Shown here piece by piece: positions 1 to 9,442 of a DNA stretch of 40,671 bases. The stretch lies in contig JBBISH010000053.1 of assembly GCA_037441385.1 (NCBI GenBank), forward strand, positions 1 through 40,671, given 5' to 3'. This DNA is from Myxococcales bacterium. GTDB taxonomy: Bacteria > Myxococcota_A > UBA9042. Every line of letters begins with the position of its first letter. Position 1 is the stretch's first letter. Below the pieces are notes generated by a model that searched no databases, had not been told where the DNA came from, and saw nothing but the letters and a program-made list of their open reading frames with translations. The translations under genes and the position numbers were made by a program.

Positions 1-38
<38 letters not shown>

Positions 39-82
39 ATTCCGCCCAAAAGATGTCAAGTGTCAATACCTGACCCTCTCGC

Positions 83-1078
83 CTACCCGACCACATCCGG
101 CCGTTCCTGCAGCTCCCGCGAAATCGCCCGGAAAAACGGCGCGGCGATGAACAGCCGCACCACGATGAAGCTAGCGATATACAACGTAGAAAACCCGTCG
201 ATGGTCGCGACCGCGGGCAGCCCGGCCGCCACGAACGGTCCGTAGAAGCTACGCATCAGCACTTGGGTCGAGCCAAAACCCGAGACACTGATTGGAATCG
301 TGCCCACCACGGTCAGAATCGGCACCGCCACAAAGATGCGGCCCCAGGTGGGGTTCAGGCCAAACGCCGCCATCTGCGCATAGGTAGTCGCCGCGTACAC
401 CACGATCAGCACCGCCCGCAAGCCCAAGCCGGCCAGCATCTGTCGCGGACCCAGCGACGAGATCGGCCGCAACGGCGCAAACTGCCGCAGTTTGTTCAGC
501 AGCGGGTGCTCCAGCTTGGACTGCAGCAGCAACGCCGTGACCAGCGCCCCGCCAAACACCGCCGCGGCCACCATCTTCAGCCAGGCCTGCAAGGCCGGAT
601 ACGGCCCAAAGAAATCCGGCGCGAGCCACACACCCACCATCGCCATCGCCGTCACCGCCAGCAGGTCGATGTACGACAGCGTGGCCATCGCCCCGGCCGC
701 CTCCAGGTACGGCACGCCCTTGCGCCGCCCGACCAAGTAGGCCATCCCCAGCGCCGCGGCGTGGTAGTTCACAATGTTCAGCAGGTACGAGGCGCCCTTG
801 ATCGGCAGAATCGAGCGCAGCTTGACCGGCTCTGGGTTGCCGCGGTGGCCCAGAGTCGCGCCGATCAGCCATGTGACGCACCAGCTGTCGTACACCCAGG
901 TCGTCAGGGCGATCCCCACCGCCGTGCCGGCGAACAGCCACAGGTTGGCTTGGCGGATCGCGGCCAACACCTTGGGCAAGTCCGTGGAGGCGACGAAATA
1001 CGCCACCAGGACCACCGCGATCGCCGGCAGGGCCCAGCGGCGCAGGGGGTTCTTCCGCGTCGGCTGTCGGTCGGGCAT
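83..1078 (-). CDS. Lysylphosphatidylglycerol synthase TM-domain (flippase-like, YbhN/UPF0104) membrane protein
   Basis: Multiple hydrophobic helices with family-like C-terminal 'IPISVSGFG'. ATG at 1078 (MPDRQPTRK) avoids overlap with the divergent rsmB. Confidence 0.7.
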   Translation of the reverse strand: MPDRQPTRKNPLRRWALPAIAVVLVAYFVASTDLPKVLAAIRQANLWLFAGTAVGIALTTWVYDSWCVTWLIGATLGHRGNPEPVKLRSILPIKGASYLLNIVNYHAAALGMAYLVGRRKGVPYLEAAGAMATLSYIDLLAVTAMAMVGVWLAPDFFGPYPALQAWLKMVAAAVFGGALVTALLLQSKLEHPLLNKLRQFAPLRPISSLGPRQMLAGLGLRAVLIVVYAATTYAQMAAFGLNPTWGRIFVAVPILTVVGTIPISVSGFGSTQVLMRSFYGPFVAAGLPAVATIDGFSTLYIASFIVVRLFIAAPFFRAISRELQERPDVVG

Positions 1079-1140
1079 GATGGCGAGCTCGGCGGGCGGC
1101 ACAGACGCGCCCCGACGCACGGATACCACAGGAGCATTCA

Positions 1141-2478
1141 ATGCGCGAGAGCAAGCCAACCCGAAGCGGGCCGCGCCGCGAGCCGGCGACCGGGGCCGTG
1201 CTGCGCGAGCGGGCCCTGCGGGCGCTGCTCGCTGTGGACTTGCAGGAGCTGGGCAGCCAGGCCGCCCTGAACCAGGCTCTGGCGGCCGAGCCGCCGCTGC
1301 CGCCGAACGACCGCCGCCTGTGCACCGAGCTGGTCTACGGCGTCTTGCGCCGCCAGCGCGCCCTGGACCGCTGGATCGCGCCGGCCTGCCAGCGCGGCCT
1401 GTACGACATGGCGCCAGCGGTACTGGTCGCCCTGCGGCTGGGCGCCTATCAACTCTGCGAGCTGCAACGAGTTCCAGCCTATGCCGCCGTGGACGCCACC
1501 GTCGAGGCCTGCAAGACCACGCCCGAATTCCCAGCCAAAGCGCTCGGTTTTGTGCACGCCGTCCTGCGGCAGCTGGCCCGCCAGAGCGCCGAAGGCCACC
1601 TGCCGGACCGCGACGATCTGCCGCCCTGGATCGATCAGCGCGTGGCCGATCTGGCGCGCGACCTGCAACTGGACACGGACGCGCTCCGCCAGGCCTTTCA
1701 GGGGATGGCGCCCCTGCACCTGCACGCCCTGACTCCCCATGGCTTTGCTGGCCTACGCAAAAGCGGCATCCCGTTGGTCGATCTGACGGTCCCGGGCACT
1801 GTGCAGGCCCCGGCAGAGGCCCTGCACCATCCTGATTTTGCCAAACATTTTGTCGCCCAAGACGCCGCCAGCGCCGCGATCACCGAGTGGCTGGAGCCGC
1901 GACCCGGGCAAGCGGTGCTGGAGGTGGCGGCAGGGCGCGGCGTCAAATCGGCGTGCATGGCCGCGGCGGGTGCACAGGTCACCGCCCTGGACCTGGCGCC
2001 GGCCAAACTTGCCGAGGCCTCCGAGCTTGCGCGGCAGTTGGGATCGCCGCTGCACCAGACGTTGGCGGCCGACGCGACCCAACCACTGCCCTTGGGGGAT
2101 GCGCAGTTCGACGCCGTGCTGGTCGACGCGCCCTGCAGCGGCCTGGGCACTCTGCGCCGGCGGCCCGAGATCCGCCACCGCCGCCGCGCCGCCGATCTGG
2201 TGGGTCTGGCGCAGATCCAAGATCAAATCGCCGATCAAGCGGCCCGCCATGTCCGCCCAGGCGGCACCTTGCTCCTCGCCACGTGCTCGATCGCCGCCGA
2301 GGAGGGCCCGCAGTGGTGCCAGCGCTTCATGATCAAGCACCCGGAATTCAAGCTAGATCCCGGGGTGCTCCCGTGGCTGCAGCCGCTGCTGACCGGCCCT
2401 GGATGGCTCCGCACGCACCCGCTACAAGACGGCATGGACGGCTTCTTTGCCGCCCGCCTGCGCCGCGACGCAAAATAA
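1141..2478 (+). CDS. rsmB: 16S rRNA m5C967 methyltransferase RsmB/Sun (NusB-like N-domain plus SAM-dependent MTase)
   Basis: 'DRRLCTELVYGVLRRQRALD' and 'LRLGAYQL' (NusB-like); 'QDAAS', 'FDAVLVDAPCSGLGTLRRRPEIR', 'ATCS', 'DGFFAARL'. Confidence 0.9.
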   Translation: MRESKPTRSGPRREPATGAVLRERALRALLAVDLQELGSQAALNQALAAEPPLPPNDRRLCTELVYGVLRRQRALDRWIAPACQRGLYDMAPAVLVALRLGAYQLCELQRVPAYAAVDATVEACKTTPEFPAKALGFVHAVLRQLARQSAEGHLPDRDDLPPWIDQRVADLARDLQLDTDALRQAFQGMAPLHLHALTPHGFAGLRKSGIPLVDLTVPGTVQAPAEALHHPDFAKHFVAQDAASAAITEWLEPRPGQAVLEVAAGRGVKSACMAAAGAQVTALDLAPAKLAEASELARQLGSPLHQTLAADATQPLPLGDAQFDAVLVDAPCSGLGTLRRRPEIRHRRRAADLVGLAQIQDQIADQAARHVRPGGTLLLATCSIAAEEGPQWCQRFMIKHPEFKLDPGVLPWLQPLLTGPGWLRTHPLQDGMDGFFAARLRRDAK

Positions 2479-2565
2479 TTCGAACAATTTTTCGCCGGAG
2501 CCGCGGCAAAAGTTGCCGCCGGATCGATCACCAAGTTGGGCACCGCGTTGCCCAGCAAGGAAGCC

Positions 2566-3567
2566 ATGATCGTTTCGGACGAAGCCACAGCAGCCAACAT
2601 CCCTGGATTCTTGCCGATCTGGCAGCAAGCACGCCGTGCGGGCTGGCACCACAGCCTGGCTGTGCGCGGGCGTTGGCCCCAAGCGACCGCCATCGCCGTG
2701 ATCGGTAGCCGCAACGCCGGCCGCGAGCAACTCCGCTGGGCGCACTGGTGCGGGCAGGTCTTGGCCGAGGCGGGCGCTTGTGTGGTCAGCGGCGGCGCAC
2801 TGGGCGTGGACTGCGCTGCGTTGAAGGGCGCCCTGGACGGCGGCGGCGAGCCCCTGGCGATCCTGCCGGCGCCCCCAGAACGGCCGATTCCGCCTCAGCA
2901 TGCGCCGGTCTACGCGCAGATCCTCCAGGCGGGCGGTGGCGTGGTGGGCCTGGCCGATGTGGGGTCGAGCTTGCCGCTGTGGGCCTTCTTGCGGCGCAAC
3001 AAGCTCATCGCGGCCACGGTGCAGGGCGTGATCGTGGTCTGCGGCGAGCAACCGAGCGGGACCGCCAAGGCGGTGAACTCCGCGATCGGACTGGGTCTGC
3101 CGGTGGCCTGCCCGCGGTGGTCCGAGCCGTCGCCACGGCGAGCGCTGAACGAATACCTGCTGCAACATCAAGCGCATCTCCTCACCACTGCCGAGGATCT
3201 GCGCGACTGGCTCCAGGCCGTCGCCCAAGGAGAGGCAGCTCGGCCGGACTCGGCGCACCCGCCGCGGACCGTGGCCCCCCGTGCGGTGCGGCGGCCCCAA
3301 GTCACGCCCCATATGGTTGACTCCGAGCCGCTGCCACGGCAAAGCTACCGGCCCGGCGCGGCGTCCATGCAGCCGCCCGCCGGTTTGGATCCCGACCAGC
3401 ACGCGCTTTGGCAGTGGCTGGCGCAAGAGGATCGCAGTGATTTTGAGGGCATGGTCGCGGCTCTGCCCCTGGGGCGGCCGCGGCTGGGCGCAGCGGTGCT
3501 GGGGCTGACCCTAGCGGGCTACCTGCGGCAAGGCAGCGATGGCTGCTACGCCCTGACAGTCGGCTAG
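2566..3567 (+). CDS. dprA: DNA-processing protein DprA/Smf
   Basis: 'IAVIGSRNA', 'VVSGGALGVD', 'FLRRNKLIA', 'SGT' and a winged-helix-like C-terminal tail; adjacent to topA (conserved linkage). ATG 2566 follows AAGGAAG; alternative TTG at 2536. Confidence 0.85.
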   Translation: MIVSDEATAANIPGFLPIWQQARRAGWHHSLAVRGRWPQATAIAVIGSRNAGREQLRWAHWCGQVLAEAGACVVSGGALGVDCAALKGALDGGGEPLAILPAPPERPIPPQHAPVYAQILQAGGGVVGLADVGSSLPLWAFLRRNKLIAATVQGVIVVCGEQPSGTAKAVNSAIGLGLPVACPRWSEPSPRRALNEYLLQHQAHLLTTAEDLRDWLQAVAQGEAARPDSAHPPRTVAPRAVRRPQVTPHMVDSEPLPRQSYRPGAASMQPPAGLDPDQHALWQWLAQEDRSDFEGMVAALPLGRPRLGAAVLGLTLAGYLRQGSDGCYALTVG

Positions 3568-3587
3568 ACGAGCAGCAAACCAGGGCC

Positions 3588-6500
3588 GTGGCAGCAGAAG
3601 AGGACGGGATGGTCAAGGCGCAAGCGACAGGCGAAAAGCAAGATACCAAGCGAGGTTCGGGCACATCCAAGTCCGCGGCCCCGCTGCGCACACTGGTGAT
3701 CGTCGAATCGCCCACCAAGGCCAATACGATCCGCAAATACCTGGGCGACGGCTACGAGGTCGAGGCCTCGGTCGGCCACGTGCGCGATCTGGTCGAGCGC
3801 AAGACCGATTTGCCCGAGGGCGACCCGCGCCGCGATCAAAAATGGGTCAAGTACGGCGTCAACATCGACAACGGCTTTGTCGAGCTGGAGGAAGCGTACA
3901 TCGTCCCGCCCGAAAAGCAGCGCCAGGTCACGGCCTTGCGTCAGCAGCTCAAGAAGTGCGACCAGCTCTTTCTGGCGACCGACGATGATCGCGAGGGCGA
4001 GGCGATCTCGTGGCACTTGCTGCAGGTGCTGCAACCCAAGGTGCCGGTACAGCGCCTGGTGTTTCACGAAATTACGCGCGAGGCGATCCGCGACGCCGTG
4101 GAGCACCCGCGCGCGCTGAACGAGCACCTGGTGTCGGCCCAGCGCACCCGCCGCGTGGTCGACCGGCTGTACGGCTGGGACGTGTCCGAGCTGTTGTGGC
4201 GCAAGATCAAGCCGGGCTTGTCGGCCGGCCGGGTGCAGTCCGTGGCCCTGCGCATGCTGGTCCAGCGCGAGCGCGAGCGGATGGCGTTCGTCTCGGCCGA
4301 TTGGTCCAGTGTCCACGCCAACTTGCTGCACAAGGGCGACGGCTTCGAGGCCACGCTGCTGCAAGTCGCGGGCAAGCGCGTGGCCAACGGCCGCGACTTC
4401 GATGCCACCACCGGCCAGCGCAAAGGCGATGCGGTCCACTTGGATCAGGCGGCGGCGCAGGCCCTGGTGCAGCGGCTGCGTGGCCAGATGATCCAGGTCA
4501 GCCAGATCGAGAAGAAGCCGCAGACCATGCGGCCCGCACCGCCGTTTACCACGTCGACGCTGCAGCAAGAAGCCAACCGCAAGCTGCGCTGGCCGGCCCG
4601 CCAGACCATGCAAGTGGCTCAGCGGCTTTACGAAAACGGCTTCATCACCTACATGCGTACCGACTCGGTCAACCTGTCGGATCAAGCGGTAGGCGCCGCC
4701 CGCAACCTGATCCGCGATCAGTACGGCGCCGCCTACCTGCCCGAAAAGCCGCGCCGCTACCAGACCAAGGTGGCCAATGCCCAAGAGGCCCACGAGGCGA
4801 TCCGTCCCGCCGGCACCGAGTTTCCCTCGCTGACCGACGTCGCCCGCGCCGTGGGTCAAGACGAGGCCAAGCTCTACGAGCTGATCTGGAAGCGCACCGT
4901 CGCCAGCCAGATGGCGGACGCGCTGCTGGAGCAGACCTCGGCGGACCTGAAGGTGCTGGACTGCTTGCTGCGCGCCACCGGCCGCGTCACTCGCTTCGCC
5001 GGCTACCTCAAGGCGTATGTCGAAGGGTCCGACGATCCCGAGCAGGCTCTGGCCGACCGCGACGCCGAGCTGCCGGCGCTGGCGGTGGGCGACCGGCCCG
5101 CCTGGGGCAATCCGGACTTGCGGGCCGAGAGCCACACGACTCAGCCGCCGGCGCGCCTGAACGACGCGACCCTGGTGCGGGCCCTGGAAGAGGCCGGCAT
5201 CGGCCGCCCGTCGACCTACGCGGCGATTCTGCAGAACTTGCTCGACAAGGAATACTGCTTCCGCCGCGGTCAGGCGCTGGTGCCCACCTTCATGGGCATC
5301 GCCGTGGTTACGCTGCTCGAAAACCACATGCCGCACTTGGTCGACTACGCCTTTACGGCCAAGATGGAGCAGCGGCTGGACAAGATCGCCAGCGGCGAAG
5401 ACGACTTCTCGAATTACCTCAAGGGTTTTTACATCGACGGTATCGTCGCCGGCGGCCACAAGGTACCCGGCCTGCGCTCGCTGCTGGCCGAGGTGAAGGA
5501 CCGCATCGATCCGGCTCTGGCCAGCGCCATCCCGGTCGGCACGGACGACGAGGGCACGCCGGTGCAGGTCCGCATCGGGCGTTACGGCACCTTCGTCAAA
5601 ATCGGCGAGCGCACCGCGAACGTGCCCGACACCGACGCGCCCGACGAGATGACAGTCGCCCGCGCCCAACAGCTGGTGGAGCAAAAGGCCAAGGGCGACG
5701 CGCCGATGGGCTTCGATCCCGAGTCGGGCCGGCCGGTCTTCTTGCGCAACGGCCGCTTTGGCTGGTACCTGCAGCTGGGGGCGGCCGACGAGCCGGCCGA
5801 GAGCAAGAAGAACTCAAGCCTTTCCAAGGGCATGGAGCCGGGCCAGGTCGACCTGACGCTGGCCCTGCGGCAGCTGCAGTTGCCGCGGACCCTGGGCAAG
5901 GACGGCGCCGATCGCGAGATCACCGCCCATGCCGGCCGCTACGGCGACTACGTGCAGCGCGGCGACGACCGCCGCAACCTGCCGCCTGGGCGCTGGGCCA
6001 TCGACGTGACCTTGGCCGAGGCCGTGGCGCTGCTGGACAAGCCGCGCGGGGCCCTGGGCCGCGAACACCTGGTCGATCTGGGTACGCTGGCGGATGGAAC
6101 CGTGGTCGGGCTGTGGAGCGGCCGCTACGGCCTGTACGTCACGGACGGCACTCGCAACGCCACGGTCAAGGTGCCGCTACCCGGCGGTGCCAAGCCCGAG
6201 GAAATGAGCGTAGAGGCGGCGGTCGCACTGCTGGACGCGGTCGCTGCCGCCAAGGCCGGCCGCGAACTGGGCCTGGACCCCGAGTCGGGGCAGATGGTGC
6301 GGGTGCTGGACGGGCGCTTTGGCCCCTACGTGACCAATGGCGCGCTCAACGCCAGCCTGGCGCGCGGCACCCTCGCGACCGACCTGACGCTAGAGGGCGC
6401 CCTGGACCGCCTGCGCCACTTTGGCAAACCGGCCAAGGCCAAGAAGGGCAAGGGCGCGGCCAAGAAGACGACCGCTAAGGCCGAAGCGCCGGCCAAGAAG

Positions 6501-6680
6501 ACCGCGACGGCTGCCAAGTCCACGACCACCAAGGCCGCCAAGCCGGCTGCGGCCAAGAAAGCGCCCGCCAAGAAGGCCGCTGCCGCCCAAGCGCCGGCCG
6601 CCAAGCCTGCGCCCGAACCAACGCCCGCGCCGCTGCCCAAAAGCAAGACTGGCATCATCCGTCGCAAGGCTGCCAGCTAG
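3588..6680 (+). CDS. topA: DNA topoisomerase I (type IA) with C-terminal GR[YF]G repeats and a Lys/Ala-rich tail
   Basis: 'LVIVESPTKA', 'ATDDDREGEAISWHL', 'SAGRVQS', catalytic 'GFITYMRTDS', 'AQEAHEAIRP', 'GIGRPSTYA'. Alternative start ATG 3609. Confidence 0.97.
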   Translation: MAAEEDGMVKAQATGEKQDTKRGSGTSKSAAPLRTLVIVESPTKANTIRKYLGDGYEVEASVGHVRDLVERKTDLPEGDPRRDQKWVKYGVNIDNGFVELEEAYIVPPEKQRQVTALRQQLKKCDQLFLATDDDREGEAISWHLLQVLQPKVPVQRLVFHEITREAIRDAVEHPRALNEHLVSAQRTRRVVDRLYGWDVSELLWRKIKPGLSAGRVQSVALRMLVQRERERMAFVSADWSSVHANLLHKGDGFEATLLQVAGKRVANGRDFDATTGQRKGDAVHLDQAAAQALVQRLRGQMIQVSQIEKKPQTMRPAPPFTTSTLQQEANRKLRWPARQTMQVAQRLYENGFITYMRTDSVNLSDQAVGAARNLIRDQYGAAYLPEKPRRYQTKVANAQEAHEAIRPAGTEFPSLTDVARAVGQDEAKLYELIWKRTVASQMADALLEQTSADLKVLDCLLRATGRVTRFAGYLKAYVEGSDDPEQALADRDAELPALAVGDRPAWGNPDLRAESHTTQPPARLNDATLVRALEEAGIGRPSTYAAILQNLLDKEYCFRRGQALVPTFMGIAVVTLLENHMPHLVDYAFTAKMEQRLDKIASGEDDFSNYLKGFYIDGIVAGGHKVPGLRSLLAEVKDRIDPALASAIPVGTDDEGTPVQVRIGRYGTFVKIGERTANVPDTDAPDEMTVARAQQLVEQKAKGDAPMGFDPESGRPVFLRNGRFGWYLQLGAADEPAESKKNSSLSKGMEPGQVDLTLALRQLQLPRTLGKDGADREITAHAGRYGDYVQRGDDRRNLPPGRWAIDVTLAEAVALLDKPRGALGREHLVDLGTLADGTVVGLWSGRYGLYVTDGTRNATVKVPLPGGAKPEEMSVEAAVALLDAVAAAKAGRELGLDPESGQMVRVLDGRFGPYVTNGALNASLARGTLATDLTLEGALDRLRHFGKPAKAKKGKGAAKKTTAKAEAPAKKTATAAKSTTTKAAKPAAAKKAPAKKAAAAQAPAAKPAPEPTPAPLPKSKTGIIRRKAAS

Positions 6681-6740
6681 AGACGCGACCAATTCCTGAT
6701 CGTTTGTTCAGCAATTGCCGCTTCTGGCGGCGTCTCTAGC
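6676..6740. repeat. Imperfect palindrome between convergent genes, overlapping the topA stop
   Basis: GCTAGAGACGC (6676-6686) / GCGTCTCTAGC (6730-6740) is a perfect 11-bp IR; inner arm CAATTCCTGA / TCAGCAATTG has one mismatch. Confidence 0.7.
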
Positions 6741-6868
6741 CCCAGGTGGGCGCAAGCGAGCGCCTGCAGCGACTCGCCGCGCCGAATTCAAGGGTTCGCA
6801 GGTGCGGAGGAAGTCTTCATTGATCGGCTCTCTGGAGCCCCGCGGCGATGCAGCCTGACCGGGCTACG

Positions 6869-8080
6869 CTAATCGCACCCGGCCGCTGACGACAACGCAG
6901 GTGTGATGGCTACCAAGGCGCCATAGTGGTCCGACAGACGCACGGACACGGCCTTGCTTTGGACTTGGATCGACACCGGCGCATCGAACAAGCGGGCGGT
7001 CTGGACGGTCGCGCCCGACCAGGGCGACAGCAACAAGATGTGGTCGATCACGTGGTTGTTGCCATCGGTGACCAGCGGGTTCTCGGCGCACCAGGTGCAC
7101 AGCGGCTTGGCGGCCGCCACGTAGGGCGCTTGTAAGCCGGCATCCAGGTACTTCTTGAAGTTGTTGCCAAACTCGGCCTTGATGTCGGTGCCAGCCACGT
7201 CCGGTCCACAGTTCATGTCGCCCAGGATGACCGCGCGCTCGCTGCCGGCCTTCTGCTTGGCCCAGGCGATCAACTGCTCGATCTGCTTGGCCTGCTCCTG
7301 CTCCCAGCCGCCAAACTTGCCGCTGTAGGCCACACTCCCCAGGCCGGCGGTCAAATGGGTGCAGAACACGTGGGTTCGCGCTGCGGCGCTGCCCGCGGAG
7401 GCTGGCGCTCGGGTCGCGGCGTGCAGCACCACCCGCTTGTTCAAGAACGACTCGAACTCCAGCATCTCGGGGTTTTCGAGCTGTGTCTTGCTGAGCAGTA
7501 TCACGCCATTGCGGCCGCCAAAGGCATACGAGGCCGAGCTCAGGGCACACGCCTGAAAAATGTCGCCGATGCTGTTGAGGCCGATGTTCGACGCCAGGCA
7601 GGTTTTGCAAGTGGGCGAGGCCGCATCGTATTCCTTGGAACAGTTGGACAGGGCGCAGTCGGCCAGCGAGTCCGTGATGGTGCTGCAGTGCGCCTCGACA
7701 CAGGTCTTGAGCGCGGTCGCGTCCGTCTCGGTACAGGCCGCCGGCCCGCCCACGCCCTGGTCGGAGGTCTTGACGGAATAGCTGTACGGGAACGCGGTCT
7801 TGGCCGTCTGGGTGATCAGGGTCACGTCGTCGTCGAGCCACACCTCTTGCAGGCACAGCACGTCGGTGTCGGCCTTGGCGATGGCATCGGCCAGCAGCTG
7901 CCGCCGCTCCTTGGCATAGCCGACAAAGTTGTAGGCTAGGCCGGTGTTGTAGGTGGCAAAGCGGAGGGGCAACATCGCTGCGCCGCCGCCCGACGAGCAC
8001 TCGGTGCCGCACGCCAGCAACGGCAGAATCAGAAAGCAAATCAAGGCGATGACAGGCGCTCTGGGTAGACGGGATGCCAT
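6869..8080 (-). CDS. Endonuclease/exonuclease/phosphatase (EEP) family lipoprotein
   Basis: Lipobox 'LLAC'; 'ATYN', 'DVLCLQEVW', 'CTHL', 'ILGDMN', 'IDHIL', 'SDHYG'; GGAGGAG SD before ATG 8080. Confidence 0.85.
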   Translation of the reverse strand: MASRLPRAPVIALICFLILPLLACGTECSSGGGAAMLPLRFATYNTGLAYNFVGYAKERRQLLADAIAKADTDVLCLQEVWLDDDVTLITQTAKTAFPYSYSVKTSDQGVGGPAACTETDATALKTCVEAHCSTITDSLADCALSNCSKEYDAASPTCKTCLASNIGLNSIGDIFQACALSSASYAFGGRNGVILLSKTQLENPEMLEFESFLNKRVVLHAATRAPASAGSAAARTHVFCTHLTAGLGSVAYSGKFGGWEQEQAKQIEQLIAWAKQKAGSERAVILGDMNCGPDVAGTDIKAEFGNNFKKYLDAGLQAPYVAAAKPLCTWCAENPLVTDGNNHVIDHILLLSPWSGATVQTARLFDAPVSIQVQSKAVSVRLSDHYGALVAITPALSSAAGCD

Positions 8081-8160
8081 GGCTCCTCCGCGCGAATAGG
8101 ATGGGCGCACCAGTGGCTCACGGGCACCCAGCAATAGGGCCAGCAAGGGTGGCGACGCAG

Positions 8161-8394
8161 CTACTTGGGCGCCTGCTTGCGGTGCACCAGATCCGAGGCG
8201 ATGGCGTCGGCAATGGTGGCGCTCAGCAGTTCGCGCATGTCCTGCTTGGACGGCGGCTCGCCATCGGGGTCCAGGCGCACCGAGTGGGCACGGTGGCCGT
8301 TGTACAGGCGGTAGATCGCGCCATCCACTTCCCAGCGGGCACCCGGAATTGCACTGATGGCGCGCGCCATTTCAGACTGAATGAAGGCCTTCAT
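8161..8394 (-). CDS. Small hypothetical protein (77 aa)
   Basis: ATG at 8394 with purine-rich GGGAAAG upstream; protein-like composition; fills the gap between two genes. Confidence 0.55.
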   Translation of the reverse strand: MKAFIQSEMARAISAIPGARWEVDGAIYRLYNGHRAHSVRLDPDGEPPSKQDMRELLSATIADAIASDLVHRKQAPK

Positions 8395-8518
8395 TTTGCT
8401 TTCCCACTGCGACTTGCGCAGGATCCTACCGCCGTGCCCGCCTGCTACCTTGCACTGGCAACCCGCGGCCGTCAATAGCAGTTTGAGCCACCGCGCAACC
8501 TTGCGCCCGGGAGAGACG

Positions 8519-9427
8519 ATGAGCACTGAGCTGCCGCAAGACCTTCACTCTGCGGCCTATTTTGGCGATCAGCGCGACCATTGGTGGCACGCCGACTTCG
8601 TCGCGCTGTGCGTGGCCCGCCTGGGTATCGGCCGCGTCGAGCAGGTTCTGGACGCCGGCTGCGGCGTGGGCCACTGGGGCCGGGTCCTGTTGCCGCACCT
8701 GCCGCACGCCCACCTGACCGGCGTGGATCGCGAGCCGCGCTGGGTGCAAGAAGCCCAGACGCGCGCAGGGGAATTGGCCCCGCGGTGCACGTACCAGATC
8801 GCCGACGTGGCGAGCTTGCCGTTTGCCGACGCGAGCTTTGACCTGGTCACTGCCCAGACCGTCCTCATCCACGTGGCGGATCCGGCCGCGGTCCTGGGCG
8901 AGTGGCTGCGGGTGCTGCGGCCGGGCGGCACGCTGCTGCTGGCCGAGCCCAACAACCTGAGCGGCACCATGAGCGTAGGCGGTGTGCGCCACCGCGAGCC
9001 GATCGAGCAGCGGTTGGATTTGGTGCGGCTGCAGATGGCCGTTGAACGCGGCAAAAAGGCTTTGGGCGAGGGCGACAACAGCTTGGCCGACCTGCTGCCC
9101 GGCCTGCTCCGCGATGCGGGCTTGAACGCGATCCGCTGCTGGATCAATGACCGCGCGCCGATGGTGGTGCCGCCGTACGCCCCCACCGATCAACACCTGA
9201 TGATCCAAGACTTTTTGGACATGGACGAGCGCGGCTGGTGGGGCTGGAGCCGTGCCGACGTCGAGCGCTACTACCGCGCGTCAGGGCAGCCCGCGGCTGA
9301 ATTCGAGCGTCTGTGGGCCGTCGCTCGACAAGCCATGGCCGGGGACGCGGCGGCCATGCGCGCGGGCCAGTTCTCAGCGGCGTGGGGCAGCCTGCACTAC
9401 CTGTTCGCGGCGACCAAGCCGGCCTAG
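8519..9427 (+). CDS. Class I SAM-dependent methyltransferase
   Basis: 'VLDAGCGVG', 'LTGVD', 'LPFADASFDLV', 'RVLRPGG'; GGGAGAG upstream of ATG 8519. Confidence 0.9.
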   Translation: MSTELPQDLHSAAYFGDQRDHWWHADFVALCVARLGIGRVEQVLDAGCGVGHWGRVLLPHLPHAHLTGVDREPRWVQEAQTRAGELAPRCTYQIADVASLPFADASFDLVTAQTVLIHVADPAAVLGEWLRVLRPGGTLLLAEPNNLSGTMSVGGVRHREPIEQRLDLVRLQMAVERGKKALGEGDNSLADLLPGLLRDAGLNAIRCWINDRAPMVVPPYAPTDQHLMIQDFLDMDERGWWGWSRADVERYYRASGQPAAEFERLWAVARQAMAGDAAAMRAGQFSAAWGSLHYLFAATKPA

Positions 9428-9442
9428 CGCGCCAGAGCGCCG

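Noticed and set aside
45..66. Two TTGACA hexamers on the minus strand
   Set aside because: No acceptable -10 at 16-18 nt from either, and the downstream context is outside the window.
3564..5684. 706-aa antisense ORF over topA, and similar long shadow ORFs (16418-19606, 29139-31724, 33550-35043, 39104-40333)
   Set aside because: They overlap well-supported genes on the opposite strand and lack motifs; typical of high-GC codon bias.
6790..6868. GAGGAAGTC resembling the RNase P RNA signature
   Set aside because: Does not match GAGGAAAGTCC, lacks the 3' conserved block, and the gap is too short.
8381..8518. N-terminal extension of the methyltransferase to ATG 8381
   Set aside because: That ATG arises from the palindrome and overlaps the opposite ORF; ATG 8519 has an SD.
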